Assembly (NCBI GenBank): GCA_963675245.1
Contig: OY775910.1
Span: 672,001 to 736,000, forward strand
DNA: 64,000 nucleotides
Source: Acholeplasmataceae bacterium
Lineage (GTDB): Bacteria; Bacillota_I; Bacilli_A; Acholeplasmatales; Acholeplasmataceae
Reading direction: 5' to 3'
Shown here: positions 21,654 through 31,076 of the stretch, in pieces
How the letters are laid out: every line of letters starts with the position of its first letter
How positions within the stretch are numbered: the stretch's first letter is position 1
The notes under the pieces: generated by a model
What the model was told of the DNA's origin: nothing
The model's database searches: none
What the model saw: the letters and a program-made list of their open reading frames with translations, nothing else
Made by a program: the position numbers and the translations under genes

Positions 21654-22790
21654 ATGATAGACTATTTAATAATTGGATTGTTAGTTGTTTTAATTGGATT
21701 GGTGATTTACACCATTGTTTTACAAAACCGAAAAAAAGAAGCTGGCGAAGCACCTGACATGGGTGATTTTAAAGGTTATATGCAGAAAGAATTCGGAGAG
21801 TTTAAAACAGATTTAGCAGATAAATTTGGAGGCTATAGTAAAGAGAATCAAAAGGATTTAAATGACTTCAAAGATCGTATGATGGCACACATTGAAAAAC
21901 AGATGACAGGTATTAATGAAAAGGTAGAAGAACGCTTAAGTAAGGGATTTAAAGACACAAACGAAACCTTTCATGATGTCATTGAAAGACTATCGAAAAT
22001 CGATGAAGCACAAAAGAAAATTGAAGCTTTATCAGCGGACGTTCTTGATCTTTCAAGCATTTTAAGTGATAAAAAATCAAGAGGAACTTATGGCGAAGTT
22101 CAACTCTATTCAATACTAGAAGCAGTGATGGGAAATAACCCCGAACTTTACGAAACTCAGAAACAAATTGGTGATAATAAAGTAATGGTGGATGCACTCA
22201 TTCATGCACCAGAACCACTCGGTGATATTAGTGTGGATTCGAAATTTCCACTTGAAAATTATCAACGCATGATTGATAAAAAATTAAGCACGCAAGAACG
22301 TGCAAATGCTGAAAAAGATTTCAAGAAAGATGTTAGAAAACATATTGATGATATTGCCTCAAAATATATCATTGATGGTATCACATCTGATCAAGCATTT
22401 ATGTTCATTCCGGCGGAAGCAATCTTCGCAGAAATCACGGCATATCATGAAGACTTAATTATGCATTCTCAGAAACAACGAGTATGGCTTGTATCACCGA
22501 CGACGCTCATTTCAACACTCACAACAATACTCACAATTACTAAGAATATTGAAAGAGATAAACAGACATCATTGATTCGTGAACACCTACGTGCATTAGG
22601 TATTGAATTTGATCGCTATATGAGTCGTTGGGACAAACTTGATAGGACTATTTCTACGGTCGTTTTAGACGCTAAAAATATCAGTGTTTCAAGCAAGAAA
22701 ATTTCGAAACAATTTAAGCATATTTCAGATGCGAAATTTGATGAGTTAGACCTATCTGACGAAGATGAAATTGAAGAAGGTAATAATTGA
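21654..22790 (+). CDS. rmuC: DNA recombination protein RmuC
   Basis: RGTYGEVQL, VDSKFPLENY, MFIPAEAIF, VSPTTL. Confidence 0.92.
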   Translation: MIDYLIIGLLVVLIGLVIYTIVLQNRKKEAGEAPDMGDFKGYMQKEFGEFKTDLADKFGGYSKENQKDLNDFKDRMMAHIEKQMTGINEKVEERLSKGFKDTNETFHDVIERLSKIDEAQKKIEALSADVLDLSSILSDKKSRGTYGEVQLYSILEAVMGNNPELYETQKQIGDNKVMVDALIHAPEPLGDISVDSKFPLENYQRMIDKKLSTQERANAEKDFKKDVRKHIDDIASKYIIDGITSDQAFMFIPAEAIFAEITAYHEDLIMHSQKQRVWLVSPTTLISTLTTILTITKNIERDKQTSLIREHLRALGIEFDRYMSRWDKLDRTISTVVLDAKNISVSSKKISKQFKHISDAKFDELDLSDEDEIEEGNN

Positions 22791-22816
22791 CATTTTTGTT
22801 AGTTGTTAGGTATAAT
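22787..22816 (+). promoter_or_regulatory. Promoter of the T-box leader
   Basis: TTGACA-18 nt-TATAAT; the -35 overlaps the rmuC stop codon. Confidence 0.7.
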
Positions 22817-22823
22817 GAATAAC

Positions 22824-23060
22824 GAAATCTATGAGAAGAGAGTAATCCTCAATTAACGTTAAAAAGCGAGTCGATAAAAGGTGAAAGATCGATTAACGGT
22901 TTAGGGTGAAAAACACTTTGAGTGATAGAAGAAATCCATTTGGAGATTAGAACTATACGTACCCCTGCGTTAAAGGGATTGAGTGCTAGATTTATCTAGA
23001 ACTAAGGTGGTACCGCGGATTTATTCGTCCTTAGCTATTTTTTAAGGACGAATTTTTTAT
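22824..23060 (+). ncRNA. T-box riboswitch, Asn (AAC) specifier
   Basis: GCGAG bulge and GGTGAAA distal loop; GAAAAAC specifier loop (AAC at 22912-22914); AACTAAGGTGGTACCGCG at 23000-23017; terminator ATTCGTCCTTA/TAAGGACGAAT followed by T tract. Confidence 0.92.
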
Positions 23061-23076
23061 TAGAAAGGAAAAAAAT

Positions 23077-23793
23077 ATGAAAAAACCAGAAAATATTGCA
23101 GTATTAATCGATTATGATAACTTTAACAACGAACTTTACTTGGAGTGGCTTTATAAAGCGATTAATAAAATGTCACCAAGTGTAAGGTTATTAGTAAATA
23201 ATGCCTTTTACAGTAACTTAGGTGATACAAAATTAAATCGCAAACTACAAAAATTTGAATTAACACCGATTATGCAGATTAACCACTCAGATATGAAAAA
23301 TGCGACGGACATTAAAATGACAATTGAAGCGATGAAATTATTAGATAATGATTGTATTGATACATTCGTAATCGCATCAAACGATTCTGATTTTTCTGCA
23401 GTCGTTGATTATTTAAAATTTAAAGGTCGCCTCATCATCGGTGCAAGCACCAAGGATGTTTCTTCTCAATACAAAAAACGATTTGATGAATTTATAGATT
23501 TAAACGCTATGATTAATCAAAATAACTCAAAAGAAACAATTTTTGATGATAAAGATCCACGCATTAATGAATTGCTCACCCAAATTCAAAAGATTATGGA
23601 TGCATCAGATAAAGAGTATATTCACTTATCAGATGTCGGAAATATTTTAAGAGACATTTACAAAAAGAAATTTAATCCAAAGAATTTTGGATATAAAAAC
23701 GGAAGAACAGCTGAATTCTTCCAGGTACGATTAAAAAAATATATTGAATGTAAGAAAGATGGCTTGGTTGTCTTAATTAAGCTAAAGAAATAA
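23077..23793 (+). CDS. NYN (LabA/DUF88, PIN-like) domain protein with probable C-terminal OST-HTH/LOTUS domain
   Basis: [13 protein letters not shown] and ASNDSDFS acidic motifs; C-terminal [16 protein letters not shown]. Confidence 0.85.
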   Translation: MKKPENIAVLIDYDNFNNELYLEWLYKAINKMSPSVRLLVNNAFYSNLGDTKLNRKLQKFELTPIMQINHSDMKNATDIKMTIEAMKLLDNDCIDTFVIASNDSDFSAVVDYLKFKGRLIIGASTKDVSSQYKKRFDEFIDLNAMINQNNSKETIFDDKDPRINELLTQIQKIMDASDKEYIHLSDVGNILRDIYKKKFNPKNFGYKNGRTAEFFQVRLKKYIECKKDGLVVLIKLKK

Positions 23794-23803
23794 GGAGATC
23801 TCC

Positions 23804-25192
23804 ATGGAAACAACCGTAAAAGAGATATTTAGATCAACGAAAGACTATATCGATCAAGAAGTAACACTGTATGGGTGGGTTAGAAATAATCGTGCACAAA
23901 AATCATTTGGTTTTATCAATTTACACGACGGGACGTTTTTTTCACCCATTCAAGTCGTTTATGAAGAAACGCTTAACACATTTAGTGATGCACAAAAGTT
24001 GAGTGTAGGTAGTTCAATCGCAGTTACGGGTGTTCTTAAATTAACACCTGAAATGAAACAACCTTTTGAATTAAAAGCATCAAACATCACACTATTAGGA
24101 GATGCCGATGAATCATTTCCTATTCAACCGAAAAGACACACAAGAGAGTTTTTAAGAGAAGTAGCTCATCTAAGAATGAGAACGAATCTGTTTCAAGCTG
24201 TCTTTAGATTAAGAAGTGTTGTTGCATTCGCTATTCATGAATTCTTTCAAAGAGAAGGGTTTGTTTATGTTCACACACCAATTATTACAGGGAATGACGG
24301 TGAAGGTGCAGGACAAATGTTTAGTGTAACGACACTACCGCTTGAAAAAATGCCCAAAAATGAAGATGGAGAAATCGACTTCAAGAAAGACTTCTTTGGT
24401 CGTAAAACAAATTTAACAGTTACTGGACAATTAGAAGCTGAAGCATACGCTTTAGCGTTCAATAAAGTATATACGTTTGGACCAACATTTAGAGCTGAAA
24501 ACTCAAACACGCAAAGACATGCATCAGAATTCTGGATGATTGAACCAGAAATCGCGTTTTGTGATTTAGAAAAAGATATGGAAATCGCAGAAAAAATGGT
24601 GAAATATATCATTGAATATGTGTTCGCTCATATGCCTGAAGAAATGGACTTTTTCGATCAATGGGTTGAAAAAGGCATTAAATCAAAATTGTTAAAAATC
24701 GTGAATCAACCGTTTGCTAGAGTAACACATAAGGAAGCTATTAATATCTTATTAAAGGCGAATCTCAAATTTGAAAATAAACCAATACAAGGGCAAGATA
24801 TGAACACAGAACATGAAAAATATTTAACAGAAGTTCACTTCAAATCACCTGTGTTTGTAACTGACTGGCCAAAAGACATTAAAGCATTCTATATGCGCAT
24901 GAACGAAGATAATGAGACTGTCGCAGCGATGGATCTTCTCGTTCCAGGAAGCGGTGAATTGATTGGTGGATCTCAACGTGAAGAACGTTTAGATCGACTT
25001 GAAAAACGTATGGATGAAATGGGCGTTCCTAAAGCCGATTTAGAGTGGTATTTAGATTTAAGAAGATATGGTGGATGTGTCCATAGTGGATTCGGCATGG
25101 GTTTTGAACGCCTACTCATGTATTTATCAGGCGTTGAAAACATTAGAGATGTTATTCCTTTTCCAAGAACACCAAAGCACGCAGAGTTTTAA
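23804..25192 (+). CDS. asnS: Asparagine--tRNA ligase
   Basis: [43 protein letters not shown]. Confidence 0.97.
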   Translation: METTVKEIFRSTKDYIDQEVTLYGWVRNNRAQKSFGFINLHDGTFFSPIQVVYEETLNTFSDAQKLSVGSSIAVTGVLKLTPEMKQPFELKASNITLLGDADESFPIQPKRHTREFLREVAHLRMRTNLFQAVFRLRSVVAFAIHEFFQREGFVYVHTPIITGNDGEGAGQMFSVTTLPLEKMPKNEDGEIDFKKDFFGRKTNLTVTGQLEAEAYALAFNKVYTFGPTFRAENSNTQRHASEFWMIEPEIAFCDLEKDMEIAEKMVKYIIEYVFAHMPEEMDFFDQWVEKGIKSKLLKIVNQPFARVTHKEAINILLKANLKFENKPIQGQDMNTEHEKYLTEVHFKSPVFVTDWPKDIKAFYMRMNEDNETVAAMDLLVPGSGELIGGSQREERLDRLEKRMDEMGVPKADLEWYLDLRRYGGCVHSGFGMGFERLLMYLSGVENIRDVIPFPRTPKHAEF

Positions 25193-25308
25193 CATTAAAC
25201 TATATAAAAAAAACGTATAAATTTGCAATAAAAACAGTAAAAAAACCTCTATACATACGAGTTATATAAAATACATGTAAAAATTGAAAATTAGTAGAGC
25301 AAAAGCAA

Positions 25309-25337
25309 TTGTAATTTTTACATTAGTATTATATAAT
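25309..25337 (+). promoter_or_regulatory. Promoter of ABC/surface-protein operon
   Basis: TTGTAA-17 nt-TATAAT. Confidence 0.6.
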
Positions 25338-25358
25338 ACTATTGTTGAGGTGAAGCAG

Positions 25359-25445
25359 ATGTATCGAATTATCTACACAACACCAACCACATATACAGTT
25401 TCAGAAAGTACTTATTTTTCATTTACAAAAATCTATAAGCACTAA
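25359..25445 (+). CDS. Putative 28-aa leader peptide MYRIIYTTPTTYTVSESTYFSFTKIYKH
   Basis: GAGGTG RBS at 25347-25352, 6 nt before the ATG; lies just downstream of the promoter; stop codon lies inside a terminator hairpin. Confidence 0.55.
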   Translation: MYRIIYTTPTTYTVSESTYFSFTKIYKH

Positions 25446-25475
25446 GGGTGTATGCCTAAAGTGCTTTTATTTTTA
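25437..25475 (+). terminator. Putative attenuator terminator in the operon leader
   Basis: AAGCACT...AGTGCTT outer stem with inner AGG/CCT pairing, followed by TTATTTTT. Confidence 0.55.
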
Positions 25476-25499
25476 TAGAAATTTAAAGGAGCATAGTAC

Positions 25500-26549
25500 A
25501 TGGAGATACGCATTGAGAATTTAACAAAAATATTTACCGACAAAGCAGGTAACGAAACACATGCAGTTGAAGATTTGACAGTAACCATACCTTCAGGAAA
25601 ACTAATTGGTCTATTAGGACCTAGTGGTTGCGGAAAAACGACAACTCTTTTTATGATTGCTGGCTTACATAAACCAACATCAGGAAAAATATTTTTTGGG
25701 GAAGAGGAAGTGACCAAACTTTCTTCAGACAAAAGAGGAATTGGTCTTGTTTTTCAAAATTATGCGCTTTATCCTCATATGACCGTTAAACAAAACATTA
25801 TGTTTCCATTAGAAAATTTGCGCGTGAGTAGAGAAGAAGCACTAGCTCGTGTTGAAGAAATGGCAGCATTAGTAAGAATTGAAGATCAATTAAATAAAAA
25901 ACCAGCACAGTTATCTGGTGGACAACAACAACGTGTCGCGATTGCTCGTGCATTAGTTAAGAAGCCAAGAGTGTTATTGTTAGATGAACCACTTTCAAAC
26001 TTAGATGCAAGATTGCGTCTTCAAACACGTGAAGAAATTAAAAGAATTCAACGTGAAACAGGTATTACAACGATCTTTGTCACACATGACCAAGAAGAAG
26101 CGATGAGTATTAGTGATGAAATCGTAGTTATGAAATCAGGTTTAAAACAGCAAAAAAATGAACCACAACAGGTGTATTTAAAACCAGTTAATAAATTTGT
26201 TGCTGAATTTTTAGGGAATCCACCTATTAATATCGTTGAAGGTGAAGTAAAAGATAATCAACTTTATATTAACGATATTAAACTAGCAAACAAAAATGCA
26301 AAAGATGGTAATTACGATGTTGGTCTTCGTCCAGAAGACTTTGTTATTAGCAAAGAAGGCATTAAAGCTGTTGATCCAGTTGTTGATACAATCGGTAGAG
26401 ATACCATGATTAGATTTAACGTTGGAGATACCGCTATTCGTGCTTTAGTAAATTCTGATACACTATCAGAAGATAAACATATCGTATTAACGGTCAAAGA
26501 ACAAAAAATACTATTATTTGATAAAGAAAGTGGTGAAACAATCAAATGA
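25500..26549 (+). CDS. CUT1-type ABC transporter ATPase (MalK/UgpC/MsmX-like)
   Basis: GPSGCGKTT, VFQNYALYPHMTV, LSGGQQQRVA, DEPLSNLDA. Confidence 0.92.
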   Translation: MEIRIENLTKIFTDKAGNETHAVEDLTVTIPSGKLIGLLGPSGCGKTTTLFMIAGLHKPTSGKIFFGEEEVTKLSSDKRGIGLVFQNYALYPHMTVKQNIMFPLENLRVSREEALARVEEMAALVRIEDQLNKKPAQLSGGQQQRVAIARALVKKPRVLLLDEPLSNLDARLRLQTREEIKRIQRETGITTIFVTHDQEEAMSISDEIVVMKSGLKQQKNEPQQVYLKPVNKFVAEFLGNPPINIVEGEVKDNQLYINDIKLANKNAKDGNYDVGLRPEDFVISKEGIKAVDPVVDTIGRDTMIRFNVGDTAIRALVNSDTLSEDKHIVLTVKEQKILLFDKESGETIK

Positions 26550-27583
26550 TAGAAACGATAAAATCATGGATATGGAATTCACGCTCATTCATTAATAAAA
26601 TAAAACAAGCAATCAGCGACAAGCTTAAATTCCGATTTAAAGTTCCGGTTTGGATTAGAGCACTCATTTATTTATCTCCAGCGCTCATACTACTAGGTGT
26701 TTTCACTTTTTATCCAATCCTAAACGCGTTTAGATTGGTTATTTATGAAGGGTATCAACACGTTAGAGACATAGATGGTAATCTTGTTGAAAGCATTACT
26801 GGATATACAGTTTTTGGTAACTTTTTAACTGTATTACGTACAGATAACTTTATCGTACCGTCTAGCCATACCGGTTCCAGTGTTATTTTAAACACATTGG
26901 CAATTGTCTTTATTTCGGTTCCAATTTCAGTGTTATTATCACTATTTATTTCTGCTACTTTAAACTCAGTTGGAAAAATGAAAGGTTTCTTTCAAACCAT
27001 TTTCTTCTTACCATATATTACAAACACTCTTGCCATAGGGTTAGTCTTTGCCTATATGTTTACGAGTGGTAATGCGGGTCTTATCAACCAATTTTTAGGT
27101 ATATTTGGGATAGAACCTGTATCTTGGATTGAAAGAGGTGCTACTTACTGGCACGCAATGGCTGTACTCATCATATTTGGTGTGTGGGATGGTATGGCAT
27201 TTAAAATTATGGTGTTCTTATCTGGTATGCAAGGAATTGATAAACAATATTATCAAGCAGCTGCCATCGATGCAACACCAAGATGGCGCATTTTCCGTCG
27301 AATTACAGTGCCGCTTATATCACCTATGATTTTCTACATTATTGTTACATCGCTAATTGGAGCATTCAAAACATACACATCAGTGGTTGCCATATTTGGT
27401 GATATCGGTCAACCGCCTAGCGCGAATTACACGTTGAAAACGATTGTATTCTATATTTACGATTACATATACAGTGGTGAAAACTTATCACTAGCCGCAG
27501 CAGCATCCATCATATTGTTCGCGATTATTCTCGTACTTACACTTGTTCAAATGCAAGTAGGTAAGAGACGCGTACATTATTGA
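26546..27583 (+). CDS. CUT1 ABC permease (UgpA/MalF-like)
   Basis: FFLPYIT and EAA-like loop YYQAAAIDA..RRITVPLISP. Confidence 0.9.
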   Translation: MIETIKSWIWNSRSFINKIKQAISDKLKFRFKVPVWIRALIYLSPALILLGVFTFYPILNAFRLVIYEGYQHVRDIDGNLVESITGYTVFGNFLTVLRTDNFIVPSSHTGSSVILNTLAIVFISVPISVLLSLFISATLNSVGKMKGFFQTIFFLPYITNTLAIGLVFAYMFTSGNAGLINQFLGIFGIEPVSWIERGATYWHAMAVLIIFGVWDGMAFKIMVFLSGMQGIDKQYYQAAAIDATPRWRIFRRITVPLISPMIFYIIVTSLIGAFKTYTSVVAIFGDIGQPPSANYTLKTIVFYIYDYIYSGENLSLAAAASIILFAIILVLTLVQMQVGKRRVHY

Positions 27584-27599
27584 TAGAGGGGTATAGAAT

Positions 27600-29024
27600 A
27601 TGAATAAAGAGCAAGTACGTAAGATTAAATTGTTTGAATTTATCATTCAAAGTATAGATGCAGTATTTATTGTCATGTTTATGGGAGTATTTATTTTCTT
27701 GTTTACAAATTTACAAGTGCCTACAACACCACCTGTAACAGATGACATTTTACTATATACATATCATATCTTTGGAAGAGAAATGAGTGCAGCAAGTTTA
27801 AACACAGTGATTAGTTTAAGTGCCATTGTTTTATTGGTTACAGTGCCACTATTTTTTGTCAATTTAAAGAAAACACTCAACCGTGAATTTTATGAATATA
27901 GTCCTTGGACTTCAGGCACCATATTTACACAAAGTATTATTTCTTTGTTATCAGCAAATGTTTTCAGCTTCGGATTAAGATTATACGTTGCTAGAAGGAT
28001 ACTTAAGCAAACAGTAGGATATGGGTATATCACAGTTCTCCAACACTTAGGACAAAGCATCAAAAAAATGTTTACTAAAAAAGAAGCATCAACCGAAGAT
28101 GATGAGCTAAAAAAGAAAATTAGAAAACAAATCTTTAGCAAAATATTTGTAACATTTGGACTTTATTTTTTCCTAGCGATTATGGCACTCTTCATTTTCA
28201 TACCATTTTATTGGATGCTGCTAACAGCGTTAAAAACATATTATGAAAGTAATATAACGTTAACACCTAGATTTTTCATCTCATTATCAGAAATGCAATG
28301 GATTAACTTCAGATATGTATTGGAAGAGATTAATTTTGGTATCTATATAAAGAATACTTTAATCGTTGGTATTTTCTCAACAATAGGCACACTTTTGACA
28401 ACGATTCTTGCTGCATTCGCGTTTTCAAGATTGGAATTTAAAGGAAGAGATACGATATTCTCTATTCTTTTAATGACAATGATGATTCCAGGTGAATTAT
28501 ATATTATTACAAACTTCTTGACAGTTTCACAAGCTGGTGTTGGCTGGATTGGTGGTGCTGCAGGAAATAATCAATATTTCCTAGCAATGATTGTGCCGTT
28601 TATGACAAGCGTATTCTACATATTCTTCTTAAGGCAAACATTTAAACAAATACCGGACACACTGTATCAAGCAGCTAAAGTGGATGGATCAAGTGATTTT
28701 AAATATTTAACAAGAGTAATGTTGCCTATCGCTGCTCCAACCATATTTACCATTACAATTCTAAATGTAATCGGTTCGTGGAATGCATTTATTTGGCCAA
28801 GACTTGTTACAAGTGTTGGTGATGTTCAAGAAGGGCAAATGTTCTGGTTGATCTCGGCAGCATTAAGAGACGCCGACTTCACAACTGGTGGGACAGATGC
28901 ACGCATTATGTTTAATATGCAGATTGCTGCAAGTGCAATGGTAACGATACCACTTATCATTGTTTTCCTACTCCTTAGAAAATATATTATGTCAGGGGTA
29001 GGAAGAAGCGGTATTAAAGGATAA
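27600..29024 (+). CDS. CUT1 ABC permease (UgpE/MalG-like) with ~180-aa N-terminal membrane extension
   Basis: PFYWML, AFAFSRLEFKGRD, MMIPGE, LYQAAKVDG, WNAFIWP. Confidence 0.9.
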   Translation: MNKEQVRKIKLFEFIIQSIDAVFIVMFMGVFIFLFTNLQVPTTPPVTDDILLYTYHIFGREMSAASLNTVISLSAIVLLVTVPLFFVNLKKTLNREFYEYSPWTSGTIFTQSIISLLSANVFSFGLRLYVARRILKQTVGYGYITVLQHLGQSIKKMFTKKEASTEDDELKKKIRKQIFSKIFVTFGLYFFLAIMALFIFIPFYWMLLTALKTYYESNITLTPRFFISLSEMQWINFRYVLEEINFGIYIKNTLIVGIFSTIGTLLTTILAAFAFSRLEFKGRDTIFSILLMTMMIPGELYIITNFLTVSQAGVGWIGGAAGNNQYFLAMIVPFMTSVFYIFFLRQTFKQIPDTLYQAAKVDGSSDFKYLTRVMLPIAAPTIFTITILNVIGSWNAFIWPRLVTSVGDVQEGQMFWLISAALRDADFTTGGTDARIMFNMQIAASAMVTIPLIIVFLLLRKYIMSGVGRSGIKG

Positions 29025-29047
29025 AAAATGATAAATAGGAGAACAGT

Positions 29048-31030
29048 ATGAAAAAAACAATAACACTTATTTCAATTATTTCACTTGTAATAGGCTTAAC
29101 TGCCTGTGTACAAGTTAGGAACACAGCACCTACATTAGTAGGGGTTCAATCAGAAGTCACCATTCAATATGGTGATATTTATGATCCTGCAGATGGCATT
29201 ACCGCAAATGACGCTCAAGATGGTGATTTAACTGCAGCCATTGAATTTAGTGGTTATAATCCAGCTTGGTTAGAAGATTCAAGAGGTGGTATATATCAAT
29301 ATACAGTTTACGTAGAAGATAGCGAAGGTGCATCAGCTACAGAACAAGTACAATTAACAGTAGAAGGTTCTGTAGAACAGACTGTTTCTTTAAGATATGT
29401 TCAAACCGCACGTACATATTATATTGGTTCTGGCAATTATGATCCGTTTCAAGGTGTAGAAGCTATCGACTCAAGAAATGATGAGGATTTAACAGATAAC
29501 ATCATTGTTGACAATCTCCCATCGCTTACAAGAACTGGACGTTATACATATACATTAAGAGTCGAAAACGAGTTAGGCGCTAGTGCAACAATCTCAGTGG
29601 CATTAACAATTAAAAATGCTGTTGATTATATCCCAGATACATTAACAACGGACCCAATTGAAATCACGCTTTGGCATTCAAACGGTTCAACCATTGAAAC
29701 AGCGCTAAATCTTTATGCAGAAGAGTTCAAAACACTTTATCCAAACATCACAGTTAATATCCAGAAAAATGGTGATAACTATGATCAACTTAGACAAAAT
29801 ATCGTTAGCGCTATTAAAGGTGGTACATTACCAAACATCGTACAAGGCTATCCTGATCACGTTGTTGAATATTTATCCAATAACGTTATTTTAAGCCTTA
29901 ATCCATACATAGATAATCCAATATGGGGATTTGATGCAGATTTAGTTGACGAACAATTTGAAGATATTTTATGGAATTATCGTCAAGAAAACAGCAGTTA
30001 TACAAATGATGGTGAATTCTATTCACTACCATTTAATAAATCAACAGAAGTTATGATTTATAACAAATCTGTTGTTGATGATTTAATTGCGTCTGGTGCA
30101 ATTACTGAATTTCCAACAACATGGCAAGGTCTTATGGCCATTTCAGATGAATTCTTTGCAGTAGCAGACGATTACATTGATGACTACAGTGCGACATTAG
30201 GATTAACACAAGATGAAATCGATTTTGCAAAAGAATTATTTGCCCCATACTCATATGACTCAGACGAAAATGCGTTCATCACACTTATTCGTCAATGGGG
30301 TGGAGAATATACAAGTATTAACAGTGAACGAGAGGGCATGTATGAATATGATACACAAATAGCACTTGACATGCTCAATTACTTTAGTGCACACCGCTCT
30401 GAATTAACCATCGCATCTCATTGGCGAGCAGATTATGCTTCAGATTTATTTAAAAAAGGTCAAACATTCATGACCATTGGTTCAACTGGCGGTGCCTATT
30501 ATAATACACCATCATACGTGAATGATGACATAGGTTATTTATTTGAATTTGATGTTGCCCCTATTCCTTATAATGCAGATCTTCCAGAGTCAGCAGCTGC
30601 TATTCAACAAGGGACCAATTTATCATTAACTAAAGTTGGCACAGATCAAGAAAAACTTGCTTCATGGTTATTCTTAAAATATCTATCAAGCAAAGAAGTA
30701 CAACTCGACTTTACAATGAAGACAGGTTATTCACCAATTCGTGAATCAGTCTATGATACACCAGAATATCAAACATTCTTAAGTGGATTTGATCAAGATG
30801 GTGTAACACCACTTGAAGGTGAAATGTTGATGCGCTCTAAAGCTGCTGCTGCAGCTATTCAACAATCAGACATTCTCTTCTATGATCCAGCATTTAGTGG
30901 TTCATCAACCATTAGAACCGCGGTTGGGGTTGCATTTGCAAGAGTCGTTGACCCAACCGAAACAGATACAGTTGAATCAGCATTAGCATATGCTGTTTCA
31001 GAAGCTAGACGTATATTAGGATTAACTTAA
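29048..31030 (+). CDS. Extracellular solute-binding lipoprotein (family 1) with two N-terminal Ig-like domains
   Basis: Lipobox LTAC; GITANDAQDGDLTAAI and GVEAIDSRNDEDLTDNI Ig repeats; EITLWH, LPFNKSTE, IQQGTNL, TGYSPIR. Confidence 0.85.
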   Translation: MKKTITLISIISLVIGLTACVQVRNTAPTLVGVQSEVTIQYGDIYDPADGITANDAQDGDLTAAIEFSGYNPAWLEDSRGGIYQYTVYVEDSEGASATEQVQLTVEGSVEQTVSLRYVQTARTYYIGSGNYDPFQGVEAIDSRNDEDLTDNIIVDNLPSLTRTGRYTYTLRVENELGASATISVALTIKNAVDYIPDTLTTDPIEITLWHSNGSTIETALNLYAEEFKTLYPNITVNIQKNGDNYDQLRQNIVSAIKGGTLPNIVQGYPDHVVEYLSNNVILSLNPYIDNPIWGFDADLVDEQFEDILWNYRQENSSYTNDGEFYSLPFNKSTEVMIYNKSVVDDLIASGAITEFPTTWQGLMAISDEFFAVADDYIDDYSATLGLTQDEIDFAKELFAPYSYDSDENAFITLIRQWGGEYTSINSEREGMYEYDTQIALDMLNYFSAHRSELTIASHWRADYASDLFKKGQTFMTIGSTGGAYYNTPSYVNDDIGYLFEFDVAPIPYNADLPESAAAIQQGTNLSLTKVGTDQEKLASWLFLKYLSSKEVQLDFTMKTGYSPIRESVYDTPEYQTFLSGFDQDGVTPLEGEMLMRSKAAAAAIQQSDILFYDPAFSGSSTIRTAVGVAFARVVDPTETDTVESALAYAVSEARRILGLT

Positions 31031-31076
31031 TCCTTGATATAAACAATATATAGATAACAAAATAGGAGGATATATA

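Noticed and set aside
22824..23060. Structured RNA as a possible tRNA or sRNA gene
   Set aside because: Fully explained as a T-box leader.
23077..23793. NYN gene as part of a mobile element
   Set aside because: No terminal repeats, target-site duplication or transposase visible.
25500..31030. Calling the transporter malEFGK or ugpBAEC
   Set aside because: Family motifs do not fix the substrate, and the context suggests otherwise, so no gene symbol was assigned.
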